Source: Azolla caroliniana | Lineage: Eukaryota; Plantae; Polypodiophyta | Assembly: GCA_043228905.1 (NCBI GenBank) | Contig: JBHGNT010000022.1 | Location: 6,820,001-6,884,000 of the forward strand | Reading direction: 5' to 3' | Length of the DNA stretch: 64,000 bases | Shown here: piece by piece, positions 48,476-60,500 of the stretch | Layout of the letters: each line of letters starts with the position of its first letter | How positions within the stretch are numbered: position 1 is the first letter of the stretch | The notes under the pieces: generated by a model | What the model was told of the DNA's origin: nothing | The model's input: the letters and a program-made list of their open reading frames with translations, nothing else | Databases searched by the model: none | Position numbers and translations under genes: made by a program

Positions 48476-51400
48476 TCACGTGATACGTGTGAAAGTGAGT
48501 AGTGACTCTCGATGTTCAAGAACTTTACCAATGAATGTTGCAATCGAGAGTGCACATTGTGGTTGTGAGAGGAATTCATGCAAAGATTGGGCTCGATCGA
48601 AGAGATGTGGAAAGCATGGTCGAATATGATCAAAGGCAGAGCATTGTATCAAAGTGTGATACTCAGACTCGCGAACTTGTTTAGGGCAAAGTGTGCATAG
48701 CCGACCACTCTCATCACTTGTACCCCAACGCCCTGTTTCACATCGCAATGCATGTGAGCTAAGTCGCATGGAAGCAATGGTTCGAATGGCAGATAACGGT
48801 ATGGGCTCTAACATGTATGGATGTGTACGATTTCCCCGTTCCGCAAAGAATATGGTTTTGTAGTTAGGTGCAACATGTGTAGTATAATGTGTGAAGCGTG
48901 AGCCTCCACATTTGTCCCATGTCATGATACATTGGCGTTGCAAAAATGCCTCATTTACAGAGGAATCTAATGATGCATCATGAAGCAAGTGTCTCGCAGC
49001 CCATCTACCAAACCATTTTTCTATATCTTGCATCCAACCGGAACACAAAATTTTGCTTTTATGCGTCTTTTGGATCTTTTTGCTTGCTTCCCACGCAATT
49101 CTAGGAAGTCGATGTGAGGGACTTTTTTGAACCTTAAGCATGTATTCAACAACCCTTTCCATGGCCATGATCTCAATGGGAAGCGATCCCGTCTCAAGGA
49201 GGAGGAGGGTGTAGGGCGTTTGTTTCTTAACTTGTAGAAACTTGGTAAGAAAATGCTTTTGGACATTTTCAAACTCTTTCCACATAGACTTAGGGATGCT
49301 ACCGCCCCATACTTCCACCCCATAGAGAAGAACTGGTGTCACCAAAGTGTCAAAAAGATATTTCTTGAGGACCCAACACTTAATATCTCCAAGATTGCAT
49401 GTGTTCTCAAATGCATAGTATGCTCGTTTGCCTGCCTCTAAGCGGCGTGTAGCACATTCATTCCATCTATGATTTGAAGGAACTTCAAGGCCAAGATATT
49501 TGAAGCTTTCCACACATTCAAGTGGCTCATTGTTGTACATAATGCATGGTTTATCTCTTTTTTGGCTCTTCACAAGCATAATCTTTGTTTTAGAGCTATT
49601 GACACTTAATTTAGTATGCATGCAAAATTTTTCCAATGCCTTCATAAGCTTTTGTGCATCTCCTAAAGTATTTGCAAAAAGCACTACGTCATCTGCATAT
49701 AGCAAAAGCATAATCACAACATTCCCAATGGCAACTTCTTCAACACATTCTTCCTTTGCAAACTTGGTAACCATTTCTTCCAATTCATCAATGCATAGAC
49801 CAAATAGTGTTGGTGAGAGTGGGCATCCTTGCTTAACACCAATAGTGCTTTTGAAAAAATCTGAAAGTTTATCTTTCATGCGCACACAACATATAACCTT
49901 CTCATAAATTCGGGAAATTGCAAGCATATATTCACTTGGCACCTCAAGTTCTTCCATTCGCCTCCAAAGATGCTCACGAGGTACCATATCAAAAGCTTTC
50001 TTGAAGTCTACAAAGCAACAATATAAACCTTTACCTCTAAGGCGACTTTCCTCCATTAATACTCGAAGGGTGATAAGGTGATCAATGGTGCTATGGTGTT
50101 TCCGAAAGCCAGCTTGTCCATAAGCTCTCTTACCACTTTTTTCAGCCCATACACTTATCTTTGATTCCATTATACATCCAAATAGTTTTGCCATTAATGA
50201 GCCAACCATGATGGTTCGATAATTGTTTACATTATTTATATCTCCACCTTTATGTAAAGGTTTGATCCAATTTGTAGTCCAATCGTACGGCATACCATGT
50301 TGCAATGCATCATTAAACATATCGCTTATCCATATATGTGCTTCCTTTCCCGTCCATTTGAGCATTTCAACCTTTATACATTGAAGATCGCTTGCCTTTC
50401 GAGAGGCCAATTTCTTAAGTCCTATGCATATATCTTCAATTGTAAAGAAGGAAGGCATATGTGAAAGAGAACCATAACACATCATCTTTCCGGCAAGAGA
50501 TAACTCATATAAATTCTTACAATGCATAGACAAGTCGTGAAGAGTTAAGTCACCATAACTCTCAACACGTTTTCCCTTTAGATTTCCCCAAAATTTAGCA
50601 CATGCATGTGCTTTCTCTTGCGTTTGGATAAATTGTTGAGTAACTTCCCATATTCTTCTCTTTCTTTGAATAAGCCTTTTATACTCATGCAAATGCTTTT
50701 GGTAATTCTCTTTATCCTTAACTACATCCAAAACCATAAGGCACTTTCGAGCTTCACGACATTCTTTATCAAACCATTTTTTCCTAAGTTTCTTGGTGCA
50801 TTTCCAAGATGTGCGGTTGGTCGAAAAACATTTGTTTGTACATGAGAGAATGACTTTCTTGAAAGCTTCCCATTTGCATTCTAGTGTGGCACCATGTTGT
50901 ATCTTTGTCATTTGTAACATATCCTCAACCATCTTGGAATACATGGGTGCTCGCTTAAGGTTCATGCTCAAGTGCGGTTGTTTATTATCTTCAATAGCCT
51001 TCTCACAATCAAACCTATGCATACATTTGAGATCAATACATAAAGGCCTATGATCTGATTCCGGTGTCCATTCACCAAGTGAGAATTTATGTATACGATC
51101 CAAAATACCTTCGGAAAGTAGCACATAATCAATCACACTATTTCCGTTGTATTTTCTACATGTAAAACCATTAGTGTTGGGCCATAAGGAAATACCATTT
51201 GCAATAAGCAATCCGGTACTATTGCACATTTGTAGGAGTAGTTTCCCAAATTGGTCCGGATCTTTTTCATCGCTAGAAGAGCGGTTATACATTTGCATAT
51301 CCTCTTGCATCCTTGAGATATGTGGCATGAAAGATTCTTGTGAATCAAGTTGGAAACTTCTTGTACAAGCATTCATGTCACCAAAGACAATAACTTCCCC

Positions 51401-51850
51401 TTTGGATTTGAAATAAGCAATATCATCTTCTAGATTGGCAAACGGTTGATCTTTATCCAAACAAGCATAAAAGTTAGAATCTTGATGAGGAATGTAACAT
51501 CCAACAACAAAAGTGGGCAAATCATTAGGTGTTTCTATTTTGAGCCATATGTAGCATTTATTTTCATCATTTTTTATGATTGACACATATTTCTCTATTT
51601 CCTTCTTAATCAAACATGCCACCCCTCCTTGTCCTCTTCTTTGTCTTGGATTTTTCTTCCATATCAAAGAGTGTACATTATAGTTTCCTAAACCTTGAAT
51701 CCTTTGAGTATCATGCTCCCATGTTTCAACAAGAAGTGTGATATCCGAGTCATTGGTGAACTCCTCTATGCCAAATCCCGCATTCCATGGGTATCCATTG
51801 CAATTCCAAAAGCATAGTCGTAAAAGGCGTGGGTTAGTCTCATAGATCAC
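48476..51850 (-). CDS. LINE ORF2: APE endonuclease, reverse transcriptase, C-terminal CCHC zinc finger (1124 aa)
   Basis: WNCNG, LVETW, GDMNA, IDYVL, SDH (endonuclease); QAGFR, FVDFKKAFD, GVKQGCPLSP, LLYADD (RT); RLSSHALRCETGRW...CTLC...H...C (RTEX-type C-terminus). Confidence 0.95.
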   Translation of the reverse strand: MIYETNPRLLRLCFWNCNGYPWNAGFGIEEFTNDSDITLLVETWEHDTQRIQGLGNYNVHSLIWKKNPRQRRGQGGVACLIKKEIEKYVSIIKNDENKCYIWLKIETPNDLPTFVVGCYIPHQDSNFYACLDKDQPFANLEDDIAYFKSKGEVIVFGDMNACTRSFQLDSQESFMPHISRMQEDMQMYNRSSSDEKDPDQFGKLLLQMCNSTGLLIANGISLWPNTNGFTCRKYNGNSVIDYVLLSEGILDRIHKFSLGEWTPESDHRPLCIDLKCMHRFDCEKAIEDNKQPHLSMNLKRAPMYSKMVEDMLQMTKIQHGATLECKWEAFKKVILSCTNKCFSTNRTSWKCTKKLRKKWFDKECREARKCLMVLDVVKDKENYQKHLHEYKRLIQRKRRIWEVTQQFIQTQEKAHACAKFWGNLKGKRVESYGDLTLHDLSMHCKNLYELSLAGKMMCYGSLSHMPSFFTIEDICIGLKKLASRKASDLQCIKVEMLKWTGKEAHIWISDMFNDALQHGMPYDWTTNWIKPLHKGGDINNVNNYRTIMVGSLMAKLFGCIMESKISVWAEKSGKRAYGQAGFRKHHSTIDHLITLRVLMEESRLRGKGLYCCFVDFKKAFDMVPREHLWRRMEELEVPSEYMLAISRIYEKVICCVRMKDKLSDFFKSTIGVKQGCPLSPTLFGLCIDELEEMVTKFAKEECVEEVAIGNVVIMLLLYADDVVLFANTLGDAQKLMKALEKFCMHTKLSVNSSKTKIMLVKSQKRDKPCIMYNNEPLECVESFKYLGLEVPSNHRWNECATRRLEAGKRAYYAFENTCNLGDIKCWVLKKYLFDTLVTPVLLYGVEVWGGSIPKSMWKEFENVQKHFLTKFLQVKKQTPYTLLLLETGSLPIEIMAMERVVEYMLKVQKSPSHRLPRIAWEASKKIQKTHKSKILCSGWMQDIEKWFGRWAARHLLHDASLDSSVNEAFLQRQCIMTWDKCGGSRFTHYTTHVAPNYKTIFFAERGNRTHPYMLEPIPLSAIRTIASMRLSSHALRCETGRWGTSDESGRLCTLCPKQVRESEYHTLIQCSAFDHIRPCFPHLFDRAQSLHEFLSQPQCALSIATFIGKVLEHRESLLTFTRIT

Positions 51851-51856
51851 GTGTCC

Positions 51857-52726
51857 CTATTTGCCTACATTTCCATCTTTAAGCACATCCTTAACCTTGT
51901 TTTTCAATCTTTCTTCATATGCTTTACGACGAGCATTTTGTTGTGAGATAGTACGATCTTCACTCACAAAGCATTGTGTACCTTTGAGGTATACCCAACT
52001 ATTTTCGAGTATGATCCGCCGCTTTGTATCATCTGTCATTGTGCATACAATAGGCCTTTCTCCGGAGCGAGTAACACCATGTTTCCCAACTCGGTGTGCC
52101 CCATATACATTCACATCTGACATCCCATAATGCATGCTAAAAAATTCACCAATGGCCTTTCCAAGGGATGCGGGTCTTTCCATACTCTCTTCTTTAATCC
52201 CACGGACGACAATGTTCTTTGATCGTCGTTCGCGTTCTTTCAATTCTCGGACATCTATGCTTTCTATATTCTTCTCTTGATGCATCACATGCATATTAGA
52301 TGAGTTTGATAACACATCCCCACCACATACATCGGCCCATGACTTCGTTGTACATACATTTTTCATCTCACTTACATCCCGCCTCATCGTATCCAATTTT
52401 TCTTCTTTTAATGCTTCCTTTAACTCAATCTTGTTAAGGCGCTCATTTGTTTCAAATGATGCTCTTTTACATTCTTGAATCTCTTCTTGAAGTTTTGCAA
52501 CCACTTGTTTAAGACTTTCATTCTCAATGACAACACTTTGGAGCTTAGTATTCTCTTTCATTAACATCCTAATCTCTTCACCTTGCTTGTTTATGGTTTC
52601 TTGAAGAGAAATCAAGTGACTCATAAGCATTTTGTCCATTGCATTAGAATCGAGATTTGTTGGTGATCTCGGCTCATTATCAATCATACCCCCAAACTTT
52701 GCGGCGGTTTTACGAGTATTTGCCAT
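51857..52726 (-). CDS. LINE ORF1 (coiled coil plus RRM-like / Transposase_22-type domain)
   Basis: N-terminal heptads; ERERRSKNIVVRGIKE...AHRVGK...RPIVC...VSEDRT motifs typical of LINE ORF1p. Confidence 0.85.
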   Translation of the reverse strand: MANTRKTAAKFGGMIDNEPRSPTNLDSNAMDKMLMSHLISLQETINKQGEEIRMLMKENTKLQSVVIENESLKQVVAKLQEEIQECKRASFETNERLNKIELKEALKEEKLDTMRRDVSEMKNVCTTKSWADVCGGDVLSNSSNMHVMHQEKNIESIDVRELKERERRSKNIVVRGIKEESMERPASLGKAIGEFFSMHYGMSDVNVYGAHRVGKHGVTRSGERPIVCTMTDDTKRRIILENSWVYLKGTQCFVSEDRTISQQNARRKAYEERLKNKVKDVLKDGNVGK

Positions 52727-52989
52727 TGTACGGACAAACCGTACGGGAAAAGAGAGACAAAGAGGGAAGGAGAGAGAATGTACCTTTCACTCGATTTAGG
52801 GCTTCAAAATCTACCTTCCGTTTGAGGAACCGTGGGGCAAAGATGGCTGCGGATGAAAATGCTCATAACTTCTCGCCACGGTAACGGAATTCAGTAAATG
52901 AACATTCTTTAGAAAGCTCTCTCAAAGAGCTTTCCAACGAGCTATAGAACGTAGAAAACGATGGCCGGAGTGAACTTACAGAGAGCTTT

Positions 52990-53027
<38 letters not shown>

Positions 53028-56000
53028 GGCAATGGAAGATATATATTATATAAGAACAACTAGGAGTCTTAAGACTGGCGTTGAACCGAATTGCTTCGAA
53101 ATAGTGCCTCGTGCCTCTTTTTATTGTGTTGTCAAGAGTACTACTAAAGTTTCTAGAATGTTCCAAAGAAATCTAGAACATATATCAATTTTTTATAGTG
53201 AAATAATAAATGGAAACAAATATTCTTTGTGTTATAATGTATAGTTTAATGGTAGGGCTTTAACCCATGTGACACAAGGTCATGGCTTCAAATCTTCTTA
53301 AAGCCATACAATGCTATATCATGACACTATCCCCCCCCCCCCCCCCCTTAAGATGATGAGTATGATAACCTGGTTTGTCGGGGTATTGTCAATGGAAGTT
53401 CCAAATAAGAGCTCAAGTGTTTGCTACACTCTCGACTGGTTCCCAAGTACACTTGCTTGGACTAAAGCCTAGCCAATCGACCAAATAGTAGAGCTTGTTA
53501 CGAACAATCTTGGAATCAAGGATGGTAGGAACTTCGTACTCCGGTCTTGCTTTAAGCTCGATCGAGGGTGGAGGTGCTGTAATACGATTTGGAATAGTGT
53601 ATATGCCCATATATGTATGTGTCATGGAAATTTTGGACTACTTGAAGGTGACAAGAACCATTAGGAACATACAAGAGTTTCTTAGAGAATAGTAATCCAT
53701 CATGACATTCGAATTGTCGATAGTCCGTACCTCGTTGTTGCGACTATGAACAAGATGCCCGAGAGGGATTAATTTGCGCTAGAATGGCTTGAGCAAAAGT
53801 GTCTATCTTGAAGTCTTCACATATGGTATGGATAATGTGGGAATCCAATGGCGTGTCGAAAACCCACATTACTCGGAGTCGTGTCAGTCCCAGGATTACT
53901 TGCTTATGATTATCGAATGCTGGATCACCGGCACGAGTGTCGTGATAATGCAGCTGCCTTCCCTTACTTCTTCCTAGGACGATATGTAATTTTGAAGTCA
54001 AAACGAGCTTGACGTCAATTTAATACACAAGCATTCTGGAAGTAGGCAAGATTTTTGTGATCACTGAATATAGTGATTTGATGAGAAGATCCCTCTAAAA
54101 ATTGCCTCCATTGTGTAAAAGAGTTCACTATTGCTAATAGCTCCTTGTCATGTATTTCATTGTTTATTTCGGCGGCGTCAAACTTGCACGAGTGCAAATT
54201 CCACCTGGTTGCATCCAAAACTACATTATTCCAATTTTGCATAAAGACAATGTTCTCGAAATCATTTGAGTACTAATAGTACATGAGAATCATGCTCGTC
54301 TTGAGGCTTCGAATAAACTAGTAGATCATCCAAATAGATGATCAAATAGATATCCAAGAGATCTCACAATATATCATTTGCCATGTGCTGGAAGACTATT
54401 GGCACATTGGTGAGACCGAATGGCATAAATGTATACTCAAAGTGCCCATATCGGATGCGAAAAGTGGTCTTCCATTCATCTCCCACTCGGATCCGTATGA
54501 GGTTACATGCTCTTCGTAAGTCGATCTTTGTATAGAACTTTGCACCATTAATCCGTTCTAAAAGACTCGAGATAAGGGGAAGTGCATACATATTCCTGAT
54601 AGTGACCTTATTCAAGCCATAGTAATCCCCGATGAGACGAAGTGATCCATCGTTTTTCTCGACAAAGAAAATGAGTGCGCCGGTGGGAGATTTCGAATGT
54701 CGAATGAACTCGTTTGCCAAATTCTCCTCTATGTAGGCTCGAAGGACTTCTAACTCAGTTGATGACAAGTTGTACATCAGTCCCCATGGTGGCTCTTTTC
54801 TTGGTTGTAAATCAATGGGACAATCATACAGTCGATGATGAGGAAGAGTACTGGCTTGTACCTTATCAAACACGTCAACATAATGACGATACTTCTCTAA
54901 AAGTTGAACTATGGATTCCTCTTTAGTGGTGTTGGAAGGTTTTATTGATACTGCGAAAAGAAACATTGATTCCTTGCGTCCTTCTTCACGCAATTGATGT
55001 AGCAAAATGGTTGAAATTCTATGAGTAGATCCTCGGGTTTGTCGATACCGGATTTCTCTTGTTTTGGAATCTATGCCTGGGTTATGTAATTTGAACCATG
55101 GTAAACCCAAGACAATTGGGTACTCTGGACTACTAATTATATTAAATGATACTACACACACCAAATCAACAAACAGTTGTTACAGAATTGGGCGTAATTC
55201 CTATCCATTAAGCAAGAATTGGCTCCGGAATCTAAGAGTGCTAAGACATGTACTAGAGGGGTACTTTTTGTACTAATTGTTACTTGAGCTAAGAACACAT
55301 TGCTAACTTGTTTAGAGAGAATGGAACTACTAATGGGCTACACAAATCTAGGGCTGTCCAATCAAACGGCTCTTATTTTGGCTAGACGTAGTCATTTAAC
55401 TCTTGTTCTAACTAACTAAGGACTTCAAATTTGTTCAATAGACTTGGGCTACTAGTACTATTAGGACTATCAGAAACTCCTAATGAAATAGTCTCGGGTT
55501 TAGTACAAGCTACTATTTGATTTACCTATCTTCTTGGCCTATGTGGACAGTTTACTGCGATATGCTCTGGTCCTCTACAATAAAGTCATAATCGATTTGC
55601 TCAGCGTCATTGCTTTTCTTCTTCCAACAATGGTCCACGATGACGTGTGGTGTCGCTTTCCATTGGTGTTGGAGTATTTGCCGAAGATACATTGTATGAT
55701 TGCATTACAAATGGTTTTGCTGCAACCAAAGCATATCTGGGCTCCGAACTGTTCCTTGGCATTTGTAACTAATGTTCCGAACGTCATTTGAAAAGTCGGT
55801 TATCACATCGTACCGCTCGACTGATTGCCTTTGTGAGCGATTTTGGTTCTTCAGGGAAAGTCAAGAGTAAGTCTTTGACATCATTTCGTAGGCCATATTG
55901 AAATTGTTCCATCAATGCTTGATCATCCCAGGGGATATCGGAGATGACTAGACAGAAATCTGCAATGTAGGCGGAGGTTGGACGATCATCTTGATGTAAT

Positions 56001-57118
56001 TGTCGGATTTTGTTGGTTGCAATCCTTTTGCTGTAAGTATCTCCAAAACAGGCTTTAAACTCACTTATAAACTCTTCAAAATTATTTAGTAAAGGAGATT
56101 CCTTTTCTAACAATGGAGCGAACCATGCCAAGGCGAAGTGGCTTAGCAACGTGCCTACTAAACCCACTCGTGATGCAGCGGTGGCATATCGGGAAGAATG
56201 CATTTGAATAACTAATCATACCTTATTAAGGAATCCTTAGAACTGTGATCGTGTTCCATTGAATTTTATAGCAAGGCCGATCTTGGGTTCTTTATGAATC
56301 CCTTGAGTACTTGGTCCTTGTTGTTGCAATGCTACAATGGATCCTCTGGACTACTAATTATATTAAATGATACTAAACATACCAAATTAATAAATAGTTG
56401 TTACAGAATTGGGCAAAATTCCTATCCATGAAGCAAGAATTGGCTTCGAAATCTAAGAGGGCTAAGACATGTACTAGAGGGGTACTTTTAGTACTAATTG
56501 TTACTTCATCTAAGTCAGATTTTGTTGATTGTCATCCTTATGCTATCAGTAACTCCAAAACAAGCTTTAAACTCGCTTATAACTCTTCAAAATTATTTAG
56601 TAATGGAGATTCCTTTACTAACAATGAAGTGAACCATGCCAAGGCTAACCCGCTTAGCAACGTGCCTACTGAACCCACTCATGATGCATCGGTAGGATAT
56701 CAGGAAGGATGCATTTGAATGACTAATCGTACCTGATTAAGGAATCCTCTAAACTGTGATCACGTTCCATCGAATTTCATAGGAAGGCCAATCTTGGGTC
56801 CTTTATGAATCCCTTGAGTACTTGGTTCTTCTTGTTGCAATGCTACAATGGTTGCTTCAAGTTGTTGCACGCGTAACGCTAGCTCCCCATGTTGTTGTTG
56901 CGTTTGCTGCTTTTCTAAAGAGATTTGTTGAAGATCCCCAACAGCCATTGATTTTCTTGTTCCAATGCGAGAAACTTTTCTTTCAAGCATTGCAACTCCG
57001 AGAAAACGGATTTATATTCTTGAGCACTAACAGTTTCCACAGTATTAAAGAAAGGAGGGATAAGAGGCTTAGTATGAAGGAAGGGTGGAGTAAGAAGATA
57101 AAGAAATTTGGTTCAAAC

Positions 57119-57214
57119 TGTTAGGAATAGTACTAAAGATGGAGAGGGAATTAGTACTAGAGGTAGAGGAGGATGAGTACTATGAGTACTCACAAGGAGA
57201 AGATGGTGTGGAAC

Positions 57215-57260
<46 letters not shown>

Positions 57261-57569
57261 GGCAATAGAAGATATATATTATAAGGAGAAAGATACAAGA
57301 ACAACTAGGAGGCTTAAGACTGGCGTTGAACAGAATTGGTTCGAAATAATGCATTGTGCCTCTTTTTATAGAGTTGTCAAGAGTACTCCTAAAGTTTCTA
57401 GAATGTTCTTGCGAAATCTGGAATATACATCAATTTTCTATAGTGAAATAATAATGAAAACAATATTGTTTGTTTTACAATGTATAGCTTAATGATAGGG
57501 CTTCAACTTGTGTGACACAAGGTCATGGGTTCAAATCCTTTTAAAACCATACCATGCTATATCATGACA
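57119..57569 (-). repeat. 5' LTR of chromovirus A2 with (GA)n tract
   Basis: TGTTAGGAATAG...ATGACA; minus-strand TATA at 57370; self-priming-type PBS at ~57105-57116. Confidence 0.9.
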
Positions 57570-60500
57570 ACAGGGGGAGTCAAGGCAGCGCTGGACACTG
57601 GCAAGGGAAAACCGACACGGAATGTTGGTATTGTGGCAAGAAAGGATACCAGGAAAGCGATTGTTGGAAGAAGCGTGCCGATTCAGATAAATCCGGATCC
57701 GACAAGACCGGACAAGGGAACCGGCAGAGCTCGCACTACACAAAATGATCGGAAGGATCCAGAACCGGTTTAGGGTTAAAGGGTCAACCTCTGTGATGAA
57801 ACACAAGGTGAACTTGATGAAGAAGACCACTTCAGGATCGGAGGAAGTGTGGTATGTTGACTTTGGAGCATCAAACCACATGACGAGCCAGGGAGAGTGG
57901 TTCTCATTTTTTGAAAAGCCGGAGCAACCGGGAGTTGTCGAAACCAGAGACGACACTCCTCACCCTATCGTGCATGTCAGAGAAGTTCCCCTGATTCATG
58001 TCGGACAAAAAGGGAAGCTTATGAATGTGATGTCGGTCGAACAGATCGTCGACCAAGGGATGCAGGTGCGGTTTATGCACCTCGGGTGTTTCATTGAGGA
58101 AAATGGCTGAATAATTGAGCAAGGGTGCAGGTTCGAGAGGATGTTCATCCTCGACACCAACGACGTTGGCACCGCTATGTTCGCAAAAGGACAGAAGGTC
58201 AAATCCGATATCAACCTGTGGCACAAGCCAATTGGCCACGTCAATTACCAAAGGCTTCAAGACCTTCAATAGAAGCAGGTTGTTTTCGAATTGTCAAAAT
58301 TCAATGGCCGGAAGGCCCAAATTTGTGAAGCCTACCATATCGGTAAGAAACATCGACTTCTGTTACCCACCGAAAGAAACTAGAGCCGTACCAAGCTTGA
58401 TCTAATACATTCGGATGTATGGGGACCAACATAGAACATTAGTCTTGACGGAAACCGATATTTCGTCTCCTTCATTGATGACTATAGCCGGCACACATGG
58501 ATCTACCTCATCGAGAAGAAATGCGAAGTCTTCAACTATTTTCGGAACCGGCAAAGTCTTGTTGAATGGGAAACGGAGAGGAAGATCAAGTGCATGCGGT
58601 CAGATAGCGGAAAAGAATATTTTTTCGGGCAATTCCACAGTTATCTACAACAAATGGGAATTCGGAGAGAATTCAGTTTCAAATACACACTGGAACAAAA
58701 CGGTGTGGCTGAAAGGAAGAACCGGTCGATTGTGGAGACAGCATGGGCAATGTTGGAGGAGAAGAGCTTGCCCAAGTTCTACGGGGACGAAGCGGTTCGG
58801 ACAACCGTCTACATCCAAAACCGCATCGGGGATAAGGTGCTAGCACACAAGTTGTATTTCGGGCGGAAGCCGAATTTAAGGCACCTTAAGATATTCGGTA
58901 GCATTGCCTATGTGCATGTGCCGGATGAGAAGCGGAGAAAGTTGGACCCAAAGTTGGAGAAGTGCATCCTTGTCAGTTATTCACATGAGCAAAAGGGTTA
59001 TAAGTGTTATAACCCCCGAATAAAACAAGTTCGAGTGAGCCAAGATGTCGAATTCAATGAGTCGGCATCATGGTACTCTCTCCCGACTCCGATGTCTAAC
59101 TCTGACCTGATTCCAAAGAATGAGGCCACTAAACCCGAAACGATCCAGGCAGAAGATGAAGAAGGATTTGGTACTCTAGATGAGAGTTTGATCTCATTTC
59201 GGCTGAGCAGGCCGAATGAAGCGTTGAGTCGGAAGGACCAGCAAGATGATGAGTCAGTGAACAACAGAGACTCGGTCATGCTCTCTCCGTGCAAGGAGAA
59301 GGGGAAGAAGAAGATGCCAGAATACTCCATCGGCAGAGACGAGTCGGATCAGAGCGAATCCGACTCCGTAACGAATGAAGACGGACACTCGGGAACGAAG
59401 ACCGAGCCGGTCAAGAGGGCCTTGCAATCGGCGAATGCAAAGTTGCGTGGATCGACCCACCAAAAGAATCCCGTAAAAAGGTACAGATATAATGAATACT
59501 TGGCGCATCACTATGCATACATGACGAACAATGGAGAGCTGGAGAGCTACGCAGAAGCGGCAAAAGATGCAGAATGGTGTGCGACTATGGAGGAAGAGAT
59601 ACGGGCACTTGATGCCAACGACACATGGGAACTGGTTGACCCTCCCCGACATTGCAAACCAATCGGTTGCAAGTGGGTGTACAAGGTAAAGTATAATGTT
59701 GATGGTTTGGTCAACCAATACAAGGCCTGGTTAGTGGCCAAAGGGTATGCGCAGAACCACAGAATCAATTACGACGAGACCTTCGCTCTAGTAGCGAAGA
59801 TGAAAATGGTTCATGTGGTGCTAGTGGTTGTTGCGGCAAGGGGATGACATCTTCACCAAATGGACGTGAAGAATGTGTTTCTTCAAGGCGACCTTGAAGA
59901 ACAGGTCTACATAATCCAGTCGCCCGGTTTTCCGTCGAAGATGCACAAGTCGGCAGTGTGTCGGCTTAAGAAGTCCCTCTACGGCCTGAAGCAACCCCCC
60001 CGTGCTTGGAATTCGAAGATCATGCACCAGTTGCGTAGAATGGGCTTTGCGGCCTCAAAGTCGGACTCTTCGTAGTTCATCCGGAAAGTTCTGGAAGGTC
60101 CGATATATATCTTATTATACATGGATGATCTAGTCATCACCGAACCCGACCTTGCTGAAATCAGCCGAGTGAAGTCCCAACTGTGAGATGCATTCAAAAT
60201 GAAGGACCTTCATTACTTCCTCGGGATCGACGTTATCCACACCCCCGACGACATATTGCTATCTTAGTGACATTATGTGTTGAATATGTTGTACAAGTTG
60301 GGCATGACAGATTGCCGACCAGTCTCCACACCCCTCGAGAGAAACCTAAAGCTTCGTCCTGACTCCGGACCGGCCTGCAATGAGAAATGGTTTCGAAAAA
60401 AATTTGGAAGCCTCATTTATTTGACAATCACCCGACCCAACATTAGCTACTCGGTCGGAACAATGAGTCAGTTTATGGAGAAGCCAATCGTGGAGCACCT

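Larger units (their letters stand above)
48406..52992 (-). mobile_element. Full-length, apparently intact LINE (RTEX-like) inserted in the (GA)n tract of an A2 LTR
   Basis: Two uninterrupted ORFs, ~265 bp 5' UTR, short 3' UTR and (TATC)n tail; GA repeats on both flanks; the LTR resumes exactly after the element. Confidence 0.93.
48296..57569 (-). mobile_element. Chromovirus A2, heavily deleted, with internal protease/gag duplication
   Basis: LTRs 48296-53326 (split by the LINE) and 57119-57569; degenerate TSD GTAGG/ACAGG; PPT expanded to a C run at 53331-53347; chromodomain 53413-53560; RT 54364-55164; gag 55600-56340 and 56540-57030. Confidence 0.88.

Noticed and set aside
53331-53347. Poly-C run as a special element
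   Set aside because: Slippage expansion of the A2 polypurine tract (compare CCCCCC at 3144-3149).
57139-57492. ORFs within family A LTRs (ERERER peptide)
   Set aside because: Translation of the (GA)n microsatellite and LTR sequence; the frame is not conserved among LTR copies.
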